64,000 nucleotides of DNA from an uncultured Spirochaetota bacterium. Lineage in GTDB: Bacteria > Spirochaetota > Brevinematia > Brevinematales > JAOACQ01. The notes under the pieces are model-generated. The model was not told where the DNA came from, made no database searches, and was given only the letters and a program-made list of their open reading frames with translations. The position numbers were made by a program, and so were the translations under genes. The stretch lies in contig CAWAOD010000005.1 in assembly GCA_963783575.1 (NCBI GenBank), positions 128,001 to 192,000 of the forward strand, given 5' to 3'. Shown in pieces: positions 1 to 10,088 of the stretch (the stretch's first letter is position 1; each line of letters starts with the position of its first letter).

Positions 1-212
1 GCCAGGCCGCTGTAGATATCGATTGCCAGGAATATGACACAAAGGATGAACCAAACCAAACCATCACCCATCCTGGACATAAACTTCATAAATGTTGTAA
101 AGGATTTAATCCTTCTGTTGGAAAAAAATTGAACAAAATTTTTATCTAAAAAACGCCATCGGATTTTTCTTCTAATTTTTCCTTTTATGGCAATTTTTTC
201 CCTTCTGCTCAA
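1..212 (-). CDS. PAP2-family phosphatase, N-terminal part (runs off the window)
   Basis: Manual translation from TTG at 212 after a GGAG RBS: MSRREKIAIKGKIRRKIRWRFLDKNFVQFFSNRRIKSFTTFMKFMSRMGDGLVWFILCVIFLAID. The SRMGDG plus TM segment is typical of PAP2 N-termini. Confidence 0.55.
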   Translation of the reverse strand, partial: MSRREKIAIKGKIRRKIRWRFLDKNFVQFFSNRRIKSFTTFMKFMSRMGDGLVWFILCVIFLAIDIYSGL

Positions 213-222
213 ATGCTGCTCC

Positions 223-654
223 TTAATTATTTTTTGTTATATAATCTTCAGCGTTTTCCGGTATTTTTATATTTTTAACCAGAAAGTCCGGGGCTTTGAC
301 TATTTTTCTAGTTTCACGGGAAATAAACACATGTTCAGTAAAACCAAGGCAAATTAATTGATTTTCATTTCTGAAAAGCCGGTAATCGATTTTGATTCTT
401 GGACCGCTTAATTTTGTTACGGCGGATTGTATAAGAATATCATCATCGTAAAAAGAAGGCGCTATATATTTTGCGAATGCTTTTGTAACTGGCAGGATAA
501 CGCCGGTCTCCTCAAGGTTTTTATATGTGATTCCGGATTCTCTTAAAAGCTCAGTTCTGCCGATTTCCATCCATATAAAATAATTGGCATAGTATACAAC
601 GCCCATTTGATCTGTTTCGGCGTATCTAACCCTTATATTTGTCTTATTTGTCAT
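223..654 (-). CDS. YbgC/FadM-family acyl-CoA thioesterase
   Basis: RVRYAETDQMGVVYYANY hot-dog thioesterase signature. Confidence 0.9.
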   Translation of the reverse strand: MTNKTNIRVRYAETDQMGVVYYANYFIWMEIGRTELLRESGITYKNLEETGVILPVTKAFAKYIAPSFYDDDILIQSAVTKLSGPRIKIDYRLFRNENQLICLGFTEHVFISRETRKIVKAPDFLVKNIKIPENAEDYITKNN

Positions 655-831
655 TTCTGCCTCAAATAAAATTTATATGTAAAAGGCATTTATTTTATCA
701 TAAATTCCGGAAATTTTCAACAAGCTTTTTAGCATACGTGCTCCAATTTTGGATTTGATGTTCCTGCGCGGTTGATGAGCAGAGCCATTACTGGCTTACC
801 TGCTTTAACTCAATTAATAAGAATAATAAAT

Positions 832-861
832 AAAAAAGCTCCCTTAAAAAAGGGAGCTTTT
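832..861. terminator. Bidirectional Rho-independent terminator
   Basis: AAAAAAGCTCCCT-TAAAAA-AGGGAGCTTTT hairpin just past the stop of the 876-1376 gene. Confidence 0.85.
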
Positions 862-875
862 ATGATTAATTGATC

Positions 876-1376
876 TTATTTATGTTTTCCATTTATCTTA
901 TCTAGAAACCTGTTAAAAGCCGCAACAAGATCCTGTAGTTCATCATTCTTTCTCAGCCTGAATTCGAGAGTCTTTATATCTAATTTCCCTCCCGTTGCTT
1001 CTTCCAGCGTACGCTTTATTCTGTAAATCGGACCAGCCATTTTATGGGAAATGAAAAGACCGAAAATTGCTATTAGTACTATATAAAGGATACTGATATA
1101 AATCAGCGGAGGAGTGTAAATCTGGAATATATTCATCGGATGGCTCAAATCGATTGTATCCTCAATTTTTAATGTTTTACCGGCTTCCATTTTTGTGGTA
1201 TCGATTTGTTTGGCCTTAAAGTAAAGAGGGGCTTTGAAACGGTTTAAATTATATATTCCTACTACACAAAGAGATAATGCCAGACCTAAAATTATCAAAA
1301 CGGAAAACTTTCCAATAAACCTTAGTTGGAAAGGCTTATCAATAAAATAGTGCCATCGGAATTTTTTCTTATTCAC
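876..1376 (-). CDS. Two-TM membrane protein with C-terminal HAMP-like domain
   Basis: YFIDKPFQLRF N-terminus, two hydrophobic helices, SHKMAGPIYR...RLRKNDELQDL HAMP-like motif. Confidence 0.7.
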   Translation of the reverse strand: MNKKKFRWHYFIDKPFQLRFIGKFSVLIILGLALSLCVVGIYNLNRFKAPLYFKAKQIDTTKMEAGKTLKIEDTIDLSHPMNIFQIYTPPLIYISILYIVLIAIFGLFISHKMAGPIYRIKRTLEEATGGKLDIKTLEFRLRKNDELQDLVAAFNRFLDKINGKHK

Positions 1377-1590
1377 AATGTCCTCCTTATTACAAATCTA
1401 TTATTTTTTTACACTTATAATTTAAAGTAAAATAAAATTTTGTCAAGATATAAATGTGTTTTCATAAAAATATTCACAATAATAAAGTTAGGTTTATATC
1501 TACAATTTATTTTAGATTTATATTAATCATTACATATGAATTATAATGATTTAAATTCAGTTACCGATAATTATTAAAAAAGAAAAAAAT

Positions 1591-2586
1591 ATGATTAATA
1601 TAATTCATAAAATAATTATTTCTTCAATAGCTATAATGGTTCTTTCATGCTGTGCAAAGCAAAATCTACAGATTGTCAAAATCGAAGATATTCCGGCTAA
1701 AAAAATTGAACCTGAAATTAAAGTTAATGATGTATGTGAATCAGTTGAATTAGGACCATTTATCTGGCCGGAAAGTCATAACTTAAACTCTATTTCAATA
1801 AATTACTTTACAACAAATGAAGAAAAAACTACAATATTCTTCAGTATGGCCGGTGAAATAGACTGGGTGAGGATTGATGAGACACTTACAAAATATCACA
1901 GTATGGTCTTTGATAATCTTGAGGAAGGAGCTGTTTACCGCTTTGCTATTCAGAACAGCGGAAAATCTAATTACAGGAACGCGTCGATAAGAACTGTTCC
2001 ATATGGCGATGATTATCATTTCTTTTTCATAATTTCAACCATTGATGAAAATAGTTCGATTGATAAACAAATAATTTCAACAAATGAACCTTTAAAAGGG
2101 ATTTATTCAGGACCGGCAACAAATTTCAATGAAACTCCTCCCAATTTTTTAGTATTAATGTCAGGAAAGACAAATGTTAATGAAAAATCATTCTATGAAT
2201 ATTATAAATTGAATAAACATCTTCTTTCATCTACAATAATAGTTCCTATGTTTGAATTTTCCATTCAGAATAAAAAATTCTCATTATCAAAGAACGGATT
2301 GATCAATATAAGATATAAAAATGTTAATATTATAATGATTTATAACGATCAAATCGACAGCCAGCTGGCAGGTAAATATGTTTCTTCAAATATTGATGAT
2401 TATAATTATCTGCTGATAGGTAATATCGGGAAAATTGGCAGGGAAGAGATTATTAAAAAATATTCTATGGTTGTAAATGGCATATTTCAATACAAACAAT
2501 TGGATGATGAGGATGGTAGTATTACGAAATCGAATCAATTCCAGGTTGTAAACATCTCTAGAAAAGCTAAATTTGCGGTCAAATAG
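1591..2586 (+). CDS. Putative lipoprotein with FN3/purple-acid-phosphatase-N-like region
   Basis: Lipobox-like VLSCC; H-x-x-V-F-x-N-L-x-x-G-x-x-Y-x-F FN3-like pattern. Confidence 0.45.
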   Translation: MINIIHKIIISSIAIMVLSCCAKQNLQIVKIEDIPAKKIEPEIKVNDVCESVELGPFIWPESHNLNSISINYFTTNEEKTTIFFSMAGEIDWVRIDETLTKYHSMVFDNLEEGAVYRFAIQNSGKSNYRNASIRTVPYGDDYHFFFIISTIDENSSIDKQIISTNEPLKGIYSGPATNFNETPPNFLVLMSGKTNVNEKSFYEYYKLNKHLLSSTIIVPMFEFSIQNKKFSLSKNGLINIRYKNVNIIMIYNDQIDSQLAGKYVSSNIDDYNYLLIGNIGKIGREEIIKKYSMVVNGIFQYKQLDDEDGSITKSNQFQVVNISRKAKFAVK

Positions 2587-2596
2587 GAGTGAATTT

Positions 2597-3046
2597 ATGG
2601 GATCGGGAATAATACTTTTAGTTAACGGGCCAAATTTAAATATGCTGGGAATCAGAGAACCCGAAAAATACGGGAATAAAAAACTTCAGGATATCGTAGA
2701 TGCTGTTGAAAAGTATGCTGTAAATCTGGGTTATAAGATCAAAAGCTTTCAGTCCAATCATGAAGGGGAACTTATTGATTTTATTCAGAAAGAGGGGATT
2801 ACTGCTTCAGGCATGGTTATAAATGCCGGAGCTTTTACACATACTTCAATTGCATTACGTGATGCTATTCTTTCAATCAAACTGCCTTTCACAGAAATAC
2901 ATATTTCAAATATATTCTGCAGGGAAGATTACCGCCGGCATTCATATTTATCCGATATAGCCGCAGGTTTAATTACCGGTTTCGGTGAAAATTCATATTA
3001 TCTTGGAATAAGGGCAATGATTGATTTTATTCAAAATAACAGATAA
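2597..3046 (+). CDS. aroQ: Type II 3-dehydroquinate dehydratase
   Basis: NGPNLNMLGIREPEKYG, QSNHEG, HTSIALRDA and EIHISN motifs; start chosen at ATG 2597 after GGAG. Confidence 0.95.
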   Translation: MGSGIILLVNGPNLNMLGIREPEKYGNKKLQDIVDAVEKYAVNLGYKIKSFQSNHEGELIDFIQKEGITASGMVINAGAFTHTSIALRDAILSIKLPFTEIHISNIFCREDYRRHSYLSDIAAGLITGFGENSYYLGIRAMIDFIQNNR

Positions 3047-3142
3047 AATATAGTGATATTCAAATTGCGATATCAATAATTGATAGATTGATTCGATATA
3101 AGAACATGATGAATTTTGGCGAAGAATTAATTACAGGATTTT

Positions 3143-3964
3143 ATGGTGAAAATGATTTTTCATATTCTCATTTGTTTATTTTCAACATTTCTCTTTATGA
3201 TTATGAATATATCATATTCCCAGGAATATATTTCATATTCTAAGGAATATGAATCCTTGAAAAGATTGTATTTGACTGGTATGATGGCTTTTACAAGTAA
3301 TAATCTTGCTGAAGCGGAAAAGAATTTTAATGAAATTATTTCAATTACAAATCAAACGGTTAAGGATATTGAACCTTTGAAAGCAAGGGCATATTATTTT
3401 CTTGCCGATATTAATTTTATCGAACAGAAATTTGAAAAATCAATTGATAATTATAAAATAGTTGTACAAAAATATTATAGCGAAGATATTTATACCAAGT
3501 CTCTTTATAAACTTGGAAGAACATTGATTGTTTACGGCCGTTACGATGAAGGTATGGCTGTTCTGAAAGATTATCTGGCAAATTATGAAACCAATGATTC
3601 TCTGGCTGACTATGCTTTATACTGGGTGGGGCGTGCATATGCCGGGAAAGGCGATCAGCAGGGCGCATTGGACTCTTTTCAACTGGTATTGTCAAAATAT
3701 CCTTCTACGACTTTATCATATGAACTTCGGAATACGATAGATGCAATATCAAAAATTGTTGAAACTAAAAACAGACAGAAAGAAATCCTAACCGGAACAA
3801 CTAATAGCATTCAGGATCTAAAAATTAAAAATGAAAGGATGAAACAGGAAAAGGTGATGCTTCAAAAAATGACCGAATTATTACTAATAAAACAGCGGTT
3901 GCTTGAGATAAAATCGGAAAAAGTCGAACTTCTCAGTAGAATAAAAGATCAAGGACTTAGATAA
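3143..3964 (+). CDS. Exported TPR protein (YbgF/BamD-like) with C-terminal coiled coil
   Basis: Signal/TM segment; TPR motifs ARAYYFLAD, SLYKLGR, ALYWVGRAY. Confidence 0.75.
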   Translation: MVKMIFHILICLFSTFLFMIMNISYSQEYISYSKEYESLKRLYLTGMMAFTSNNLAEAEKNFNEIISITNQTVKDIEPLKARAYYFLADINFIEQKFEKSIDNYKIVVQKYYSEDIYTKSLYKLGRTLIVYGRYDEGMAVLKDYLANYETNDSLADYALYWVGRAYAGKGDQQGALDSFQLVLSKYPSTTLSYELRNTIDAISKIVETKNRQKEILTGTTNSIQDLKIKNERMKQEKVMLQKMTELLLIKQRLLEIKSEKVELLSRIKDQGLR

Positions 3965-3966
3965 TT

Positions 3967-5487
3967 ATGATCAATCGCTTTTTCATCATATTATTTTTAA
4001 TGTTAATTTACAGTTTAATATGGATTGTTCCTGCTTACGGAAAGTTTATTGAATTATCTAACGATTATGTCAAAGTTTCAGTTGATTATGATTCCGCGCG
4101 TTTTTATCTGGAAATTTCCAGTAATGATTTCAACAATAAATTTGAAAATAATAAAGCCCTGCTGTTTAAAAAAACACCTCCGACATCTTTTACAACAATA
4201 GCAATCGATAATCAATATTATATTTACGGTAGCGATGCCGGAAACTTTAAGAAAAAACCGCTGCTTGACTCAAAAAAGATCCAGAGCGAATGGATTATTA
4301 AAGATGTCAGTATTATTCAGGAAGTCAGCCTTATAAACGGGCAAAGCACTGGAAATGAAGATACTATGTTAATTGTTTACAAAATTACAAATAAAAAAAA
4401 TAAAAAATCAATGATCGGGCTGAGGATGCTTTTGGATACTGTCGCCGGTGATTTATCGGCAAGGGCGTTCGGAATACCCGGCCAGGGAAAAATCGATAAG
4501 GAGACAAGAATTGTACGGGATGATATTCCGCCTTACTGGTATTACCTTGATAACTATGATAACCCTGTTTTTGGCGCCATGGATACTACAATGGGAGATG
4601 GAATTACAAAGCCGGATAGGATAATATTTGCAGGCTGGGTTAGGTTAACCGATAATCCCTGGGAATTAGTAGTGGACTCCACAAGGGATTTTCGAAGGCC
4701 CGGCACAAGCCAATATAACAGCGCAGCAGCTATGTATTATGATCCAGTTGAGATCGATAAGGATAAAAACATAGGCATTACTAATATATTCGGAAAATAC
4801 AGTCCCAGCTATTTTACTGATAAAGATATGCTTATGTCGCTAAATGTGCCAAAAGAACCTCCTTCACCGCCTATTCCGGTAGCGGTTGAACTTGTTAACC
4901 AGGCTAAAACAGTAATGGATAAGCTGGAATTTGAAATAATCATTCCAAATGGATTCAAGCTATCTGATAATGAAACAAATATAATTGATTTTTTTAAGGT
5001 TGAAACAAATGCTTCTAAGAAGGTTTTGTGGAATTTGATCAACGGCAATATCGGAGGAAAATTTCAGGTAACCGTGAAAGCATCTGGCTGGATTAACAAT
5101 AATGTGCAAACTATTGAAGCGGTAAAAGATTTTACAATCAATTATTTCACTGGAGCGCCTTTACAAACAACAAACCTGGTATCAGGGCCTTTGAGCAATA
5201 CGAATTTTGTTTTGACCAATACAAACGTTATTGCAACAAACATCATATTTACCTTGCCAGCAGTTGTATCGGAACAGGAAAAAAGGCTTATTAAGGAAAT
5301 CGGGCAGCTTGATGATTTGATTAACGATGTTAATAAAAAATATCAGATTTTAATGGGTATATACAAAAACTTGTATATGACAAATGAAATATTTTTAAAT
5401 GAAATAGATACAAATATTCAAAATTTTAATGATAAGTTGCATGATTTTGAATTTAATATGTCGAATGAAAATATGTTAATAAAATAG
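3967..5487 (+). CDS. Exported hypothetical protein (beta-rich core, C-terminal coiled coil)
   Basis: 506-aa ORF with signal peptide, translationally close to its neighbours. Confidence 0.6.
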   Translation: MINRFFIILFLMLIYSLIWIVPAYGKFIELSNDYVKVSVDYDSARFYLEISSNDFNNKFENNKALLFKKTPPTSFTTIAIDNQYYIYGSDAGNFKKKPLLDSKKIQSEWIIKDVSIIQEVSLINGQSTGNEDTMLIVYKITNKKNKKSMIGLRMLLDTVAGDLSARAFGIPGQGKIDKETRIVRDDIPPYWYYLDNYDNPVFGAMDTTMGDGITKPDRIIFAGWVRLTDNPWELVVDSTRDFRRPGTSQYNSAAAMYYDPVEIDKDKNIGITNIFGKYSPSYFTDKDMLMSLNVPKEPPSPPIPVAVELVNQAKTVMDKLEFEIIIPNGFKLSDNETNIIDFFKVETNASKKVLWNLINGNIGGKFQVTVKASGWINNNVQTIEAVKDFTINYFTGAPLQTTNLVSGPLSNTNFVLTNTNVIATNIIFTLPAVVSEQEKRLIKEIGQLDDLINDVNKKYQILMGIYKNLYMTNEIFLNEIDTNIQNFNDKLHDFEFNMSNENMLIK

Positions 5488-5497
5488 CGGTAATTAC

Positions 5498-6593
5498 ATG
5501 AATTATTTTGATAAAAGATTGAAACAGGTTCAAAACCTCATCTCAGATGATCAGGCTATTTTTATAAACAAACAGGAAGAAGTTTTTTATTTTACCGGCT
5601 TCACTGGTGAAGACGCATATCTCTTTATAACCAGAAACCAGGTATATTTTATTACAGACTCGCGTTTTACCGAGCAGGCGGAACAGGAAACAAGGATTAA
5701 ATTTAACATTGAAGAGATTAAGCCTGATTATAAATTGATTCATATTCTAAAAAGTATTATAAAAGATCATAAAATAAAATATATTTTATGTTATAAGAAA
5801 GAAATTGATGCTGATTTTTATGAAAATTTAATAGAATCTCTGAACTCAAACAATAAAGAGTCCAATGAAAGGATTACAATACAAAATTCGGATGTCGTAA
5901 AGGATCTCCGTATTTGTAAAGATGAATTTGAAATAGAGATTATGAGGCAGAATATTATTATGACCGAACTGGGTTACCATTATATAATCCGGTTGATAGA
6001 GGAAGGAAAAAAGGAAATTGATATCGCAGCCGAACTGGAATATTATATAAGGAAAAACGGGGCATTGAGGCCTTCTTTTGATACAATTATAGCTTCGGGC
6101 CAGAAGAAGCACTCTACCGCATGGAAAAGCAAGCGAAAAGATTATAGTACAAAACGAAGTCATCATCCTGGATTTTGGCATACTAAAAAACGGATACTGC
6201 TCAGACTTTACAAGATCGTATTATTTTGGTAAAATAATCGGCCCGAAAATCAAGGAGATCCATTCGGTTGTTCTGGAAGCTTTAAAAGCCGCCGAAAGTA
6301 TCGTAAAACCTGGGATTAAAGCCAGCATTGTTCATAATGCGGCTTATGATGTAATTAAAAATGCCGGATATGAAAAATATTTTCTACATTCGACAGGTCA
6401 TGGGGTAGGGCTTGAAATTCATGAACTGCCCAGGATTTCAGCATCCGATGATACTTTACTGAAAGAAGGTATGGTTTTTACGGTGGAGCCGGGTATTTAT
6501 CTTCCCGAAACCGGCGGAATCCGCCTTGAAGATATGGTCGCGGTTACTAAAACCGGATACGATTTACTGACCCAGTGCAGCTATGATCTATAG
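5498..6593 (+). CDS. Xaa-Pro aminopeptidase (M24B), frameshifted near 6100
   Basis: YFTGFTG...ITDSRF N-domain. After SFDTIIASG the M24 motifs continue in another frame (RSTLPHGKAS, DFG, GYCSDFTR, HSTGHGVGLEIHE, TVEPGIY, GGIRLEDM) to TAG at 6591-6593. Confidence 0.9.
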
Positions 6594-6739
6594 CATGCCG
6601 CTTGACAGTTTTACAAACCGCGCAGAACCATTAAAGCCAGAAAAGGAGCACGGATGCTCCATGATATCTTAACTTTTACTTAATAGCCAGTGGCGAACAT
6701 CAGTTCGCCAAGCGATACGATATCGCAAGGAGAAATAAA

Positions 6740-7303
6740 ATGACATCATCCAATGACTTGAAGAAGGGAACAGTACTTAAACTTGACGGGGAGCTATACG
6801 CAGTGCTCTGGTATCAGCATCATAAACCGGGTAAGGGCGGGGCTATTGTCAGGACTAAACTTAGAAATGTTTTAAAAGATACGGTTGTCGAAAAGACATT
6901 CCGGGCCGGTGAACCGCTTGAGGATGTTTTTGTGGAAACAAAGGAAATGCAGCTTCTTTATAAAGAGGACAACAAATATGTCTTTATGGATAATGAAAAT
7001 TTTGAACAGTATCATGTAGAAGAAAGTTTGATAGGGGATGCGGTAAAATATCTTAAGAATGAAATGGTCTGTAATCTTTCTCTTTTTAAGGGCGATATCA
7101 TTGCTGTTGAGCCGCCGATGTTTGTTGAGCTTGAGGTTGTAGAAACAGACCCCGGCTTAAGAGGTGATACCGCGAGCGGAGGTTCAAAACCGGCAAAGGT
7201 TGAAACAGGCGCAGTTGTTCAGGTGCCATTATTTGTAAGTATTGGAGAAAAAATTAAAATTGATACCAGAGACGACAGATATATTGAAAGGGTTAAATCA
7301 TAA
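6740..7303 (+). CDS. efp: Elongation factor P
   Basis: HHKPGKGGA, PGLRGDT and VQVPLFV motifs. Confidence 0.97.
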   Translation: MTSSNDLKKGTVLKLDGELYAVLWYQHHKPGKGGAIVRTKLRNVLKDTVVEKTFRAGEPLEDVFVETKEMQLLYKEDNKYVFMDNENFEQYHVEESLIGDAVKYLKNEMVCNLSLFKGDIIAVEPPMFVELEVVETDPGLRGDTASGGSKPAKVETGAVVQVPLFVSIGEKIKIDTRDDRYIERVKS

Positions 7304-7321
7304 TGATAAAGGGAGGGTAAT

Positions 7322-7837
7322 GTGATTGATGTTAAAGATATCAGGAAATTATATGACATCTTTAAAGGCGATGAGATCGAATCCGTGGAAATACAGAACG
7401 GCGATGACAGATTAAGTTTTTCAATGGGAAATTTACAGCCTGTTGGAGAGATAAATCAGGAAAATAATACTGGAACTAAAAAAAGCGCTGCGAAAAAATC
7501 AGGAAAATCTGCTAAAGAATCGGATACTTTAGAGCCGGCTGCTTCAATGCCGGTTCAGGAAATAAATGCTGTTTCCGAAGAATCAAAACAGCTTGAAATT
7601 TTTGAACTCAAATCAGGCTGGGTAGGATTCTTTACACGGATGAATCCGAAAACCGGTGAAAGTTATATTAAATTACGGGATGTAATAAAAAAAGATGATC
7701 TTGTCGGTCATGTTAGAGTTCTTGGGGTTCTTCAGGATTTAAAATCGGAAGTTGAAGGCAAAGTTAAAGAAATCCTGGTGGAAGAAGGACAGCCTATTGA
7801 ATACGGCCAGCCGGTTATGCGGTTTGAGCTACAATAA
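7322..7837 (+). CDS. AccB-like biotinyl-domain protein lacking the MKM biotinylation motif
   Basis: Lies between efp and accC; LKSGWVGFF...GKVKEILVEEGQPIEYGQPV fold motifs, but RVLGVLQDL replaces EAMKMMNEI. Confidence 0.8.
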   Translation: MIDVKDIRKLYDIFKGDEIESVEIQNGDDRLSFSMGNLQPVGEINQENNTGTKKSAAKKSGKSAKESDTLEPAASMPVQEINAVSEESKQLEIFELKSGWVGFFTRMNPKTGESYIKLRDVIKKDDLVGHVRVLGVLQDLKSEVEGKVKEILVEEGQPIEYGQPVMRFELQ

Positions 7838-7856
7838 TTAATTTGGGAGTATTGAT

Positions 7857-9194
7857 ATGTTTAGAAAGATACTTATAGCAAATAGAGGCGAAATTGCCGT
7901 AAGGGTGATCCGGGCAGCAAAGGAAATGGGTATTTCAACGGTAACTGTGCATTCGGAGGCCGATGAATATTGTCTTCATACTAAATTATCCGACCAGGAT
8001 GTTTGTATTGGGCCGGCACCATCAAAAGACAGCTATTTAAATATTCTATCAATTTTGAGTGCCGCGGAGATTACAGGGGTTGACGCCATTCATCCCGGAT
8101 ATGGTTTTCTCGCGGAAAATTCCAAATTTTCCAATATCTGTCATGACCATAAAATCACATTTATCGGGCCTTCCGCGGAAGTTATCGATCTTTTAGGCAA
8201 CAAAGCGGCGGCAAGAAAAACTATGCTGGATGTCGGGGTTCCGATAACGCCAGGAACCGGTATCATTCATAACCCGGAGGAAGCCATCGCTTTTTCAAAG
8301 GAAGCAGGTTATCCGGTTATTGTCAAAGCGACGGCAGGCGGCGGCGGGAAGGGAATGAGAGTCGCGTGGTCAGATGAGGAACTTGTGAATATAATACCGA
8401 TAGCCCAGGGCGAAGCAAAATCAGCTTTCGGGAATCCTGATGTTTATGTTGAAAAATACCTGCAAAATCCAAGGCATATCGAAATACAATTTATTGCCGA
8501 CCGTTATGGAAATGCCGTTCACCTCGGCGAAAGGGACTGCTCAATACAGAGAAGGCATCAGAAACTGCTTGAAGAATCCCCGAGTCCCAGGCTTACATCG
8601 GCAATCCGTGAAGAAATGGGGGAGGCGGTAAAAAAGGGCGTTACAAAAGTAGGGTATGTCGGTGTCGGTACTATGGAATTTCTTTTTGATGAAAATGGTA
8701 AATTCTATTTTATGGAAGTAAATACAAGGATACAGGTTGAACATCCCGTGACTGAGCTTGTTACCGGTATTGATATAGTGAAAGAGCAGATAAATGTAGC
8801 TATGGGAGAAAAATTATCATTCACGCAAAAAGACATAAAATTTACGGGGCATGCTATTGAATGCAGAATAAACGCCGAAGACCCGTATATGAATTTTATG
8901 CCGACCCCGGGTAGAATTGAGGATTTTCATCTTCCCGGAGGGCCTGGGATTCGTATTGACACCCATGGCTACAGTGGTTATGAGATCCCAAAATTTTACG
9001 ATTCACTTGTGGCAAAAATGCTTGCTTGGGGGCGTACCAGGGATGAAGCAATAGCGAGGATGAAAAGGGCTTTGGGAGAATTTAAAGCGACAGGAATCAA
9101 AACAACTGTTCCGTTTCATGAAAAGGTTCTCGAAAGTGAGGCTTTTAAAAAAGGGAATTATTCCACAAAGTTTCTGGAAGATTTTAAATTTTAG
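7857..9194 (+). CDS. accC: Acetyl-CoA carboxylase biotin carboxylase subunit
   Basis: LIANRGEIAVR, GGGGKGM, ERDCSIQRRHQK, EVNTRIQVEHP motifs. Confidence 0.97.
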   Translation: MFRKILIANRGEIAVRVIRAAKEMGISTVTVHSEADEYCLHTKLSDQDVCIGPAPSKDSYLNILSILSAAEITGVDAIHPGYGFLAENSKFSNICHDHKITFIGPSAEVIDLLGNKAAARKTMLDVGVPITPGTGIIHNPEEAIAFSKEAGYPVIVKATAGGGGKGMRVAWSDEELVNIIPIAQGEAKSAFGNPDVYVEKYLQNPRHIEIQFIADRYGNAVHLGERDCSIQRRHQKLLEESPSPRLTSAIREEMGEAVKKGVTKVGYVGVGTMEFLFDENGKFYFMEVNTRIQVEHPVTELVTGIDIVKEQINVAMGEKLSFTQKDIKFTGHAIECRINAEDPYMNFMPTPGRIEDFHLPGGPGIRIDTHGYSGYEIPKFYDSLVAKMLAWGRTRDEAIARMKRALGEFKATGIKTTVPFHEKVLESEAFKKGNYSTKFLEDFKF

Positions 9195-9202
9195 GTAACC
9201 GG

Positions 9203-9538
9203 ATGAATAAATTCATAATTAGGAAAAAAAGCATTATTGAACTTGTTGAGCATATTATAGAAAGAAATAAGGATATCCGTTTGTTCAGAATGTATTATTT
9301 TCGAAATATAAGAAATTTTCCAATACGGTTTTCTTATTTGACTACGAATTCGATTTCACTGAAAATCGATATCGATGCGCGGTTTGGAGTCGATATTTTG
9401 AAATCAATGGATAAGGTCTCAGGTGAAATTAAAAGTAATCTTATAAAATATGCTTCGATCACCGCACAATCTATAGAATTAACTGTCAAGGGTATTTTTG
9501 ATGAGGAAAAGAACAAAGAAACTGCTCAGGGTAATTAA
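9203..9538 (+). CDS. Asp23/Gls24-like protein
   Basis: Directly downstream of accC (YqhY position); IDIDARFGVDI...IELTVKGI pattern. Confidence 0.6.
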   Translation: MNKFIIRKKSIIELVEHIIERNKDIRLFRMYYFRNIRNFPIRFSYLTTNSISLKIDIDARFGVDILKSMDKVSGEIKSNLIKYASITAQSIELTVKGIFDEEKNKETAQGN

Positions 9539-10088
9539 ACAGGCATTAAATTATACATTTCTTTGCGCTTCAGTAATAATCGGTATATTTTTGTACAGGG
9601 TATTTCTGGGATATGTGCCGGGAGTAAATATCGCCGATCTTTTTATATTAAAAACCGGAATTCAGGCATTTCCATTCTTCGGAATTTGCGCAGGAATCTG
9701 TATAAGCTTTCCCTTTATCATCATTGCTTTTGAAATCTATTACCGGTTTTCAACATCTTACATATCTTTCATTACTGAAAACGGTTTTGTTCATTTAAGC
9801 GATACAGCGATTGCCGGATTTATCAAAGATGTGGTTGCGGGTTTAGCCGGTGTTGAAACTGTCGAAGCAACTATAGAAATCTTTAAGGAAAACCGTCTTG
9901 GCATACATATATGGCTAGATACCGATGAAAAGAGCGATTTTGTGAGATTCTCCGAAAGGGTTCAGCAGAGGGTATTACAGGATCTTGATTTTAATTTCGG
10001 TATAAAAAAAATTAAGTATTTTCATGTTTATATTGAATCAACCAATATCAATACAGGCACAGCCGGCTATAAAGTGGATTATCATTAA
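9498..10088 (+). CDS. AmaP-like membrane anchor protein
   Basis: Two TM helices then TENGFVHLSDTAI...; follows the asp23-like gene. Confidence 0.55.
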   Translation: MMRKRTKKLLRVIKQALNYTFLCASVIIGIFLYRVFLGYVPGVNIADLFILKTGIQAFPFFGICAGICISFPFIIIAFEIYYRFSTSYISFITENGFVHLSDTAIAGFIKDVVAGLAGVETVEATIEIFKENRLGIHIWLDTDEKSDFVRFSERVQQRVLQDLDFNFGIKKIKYFHVYIESTNINTGTAGYKVDYH

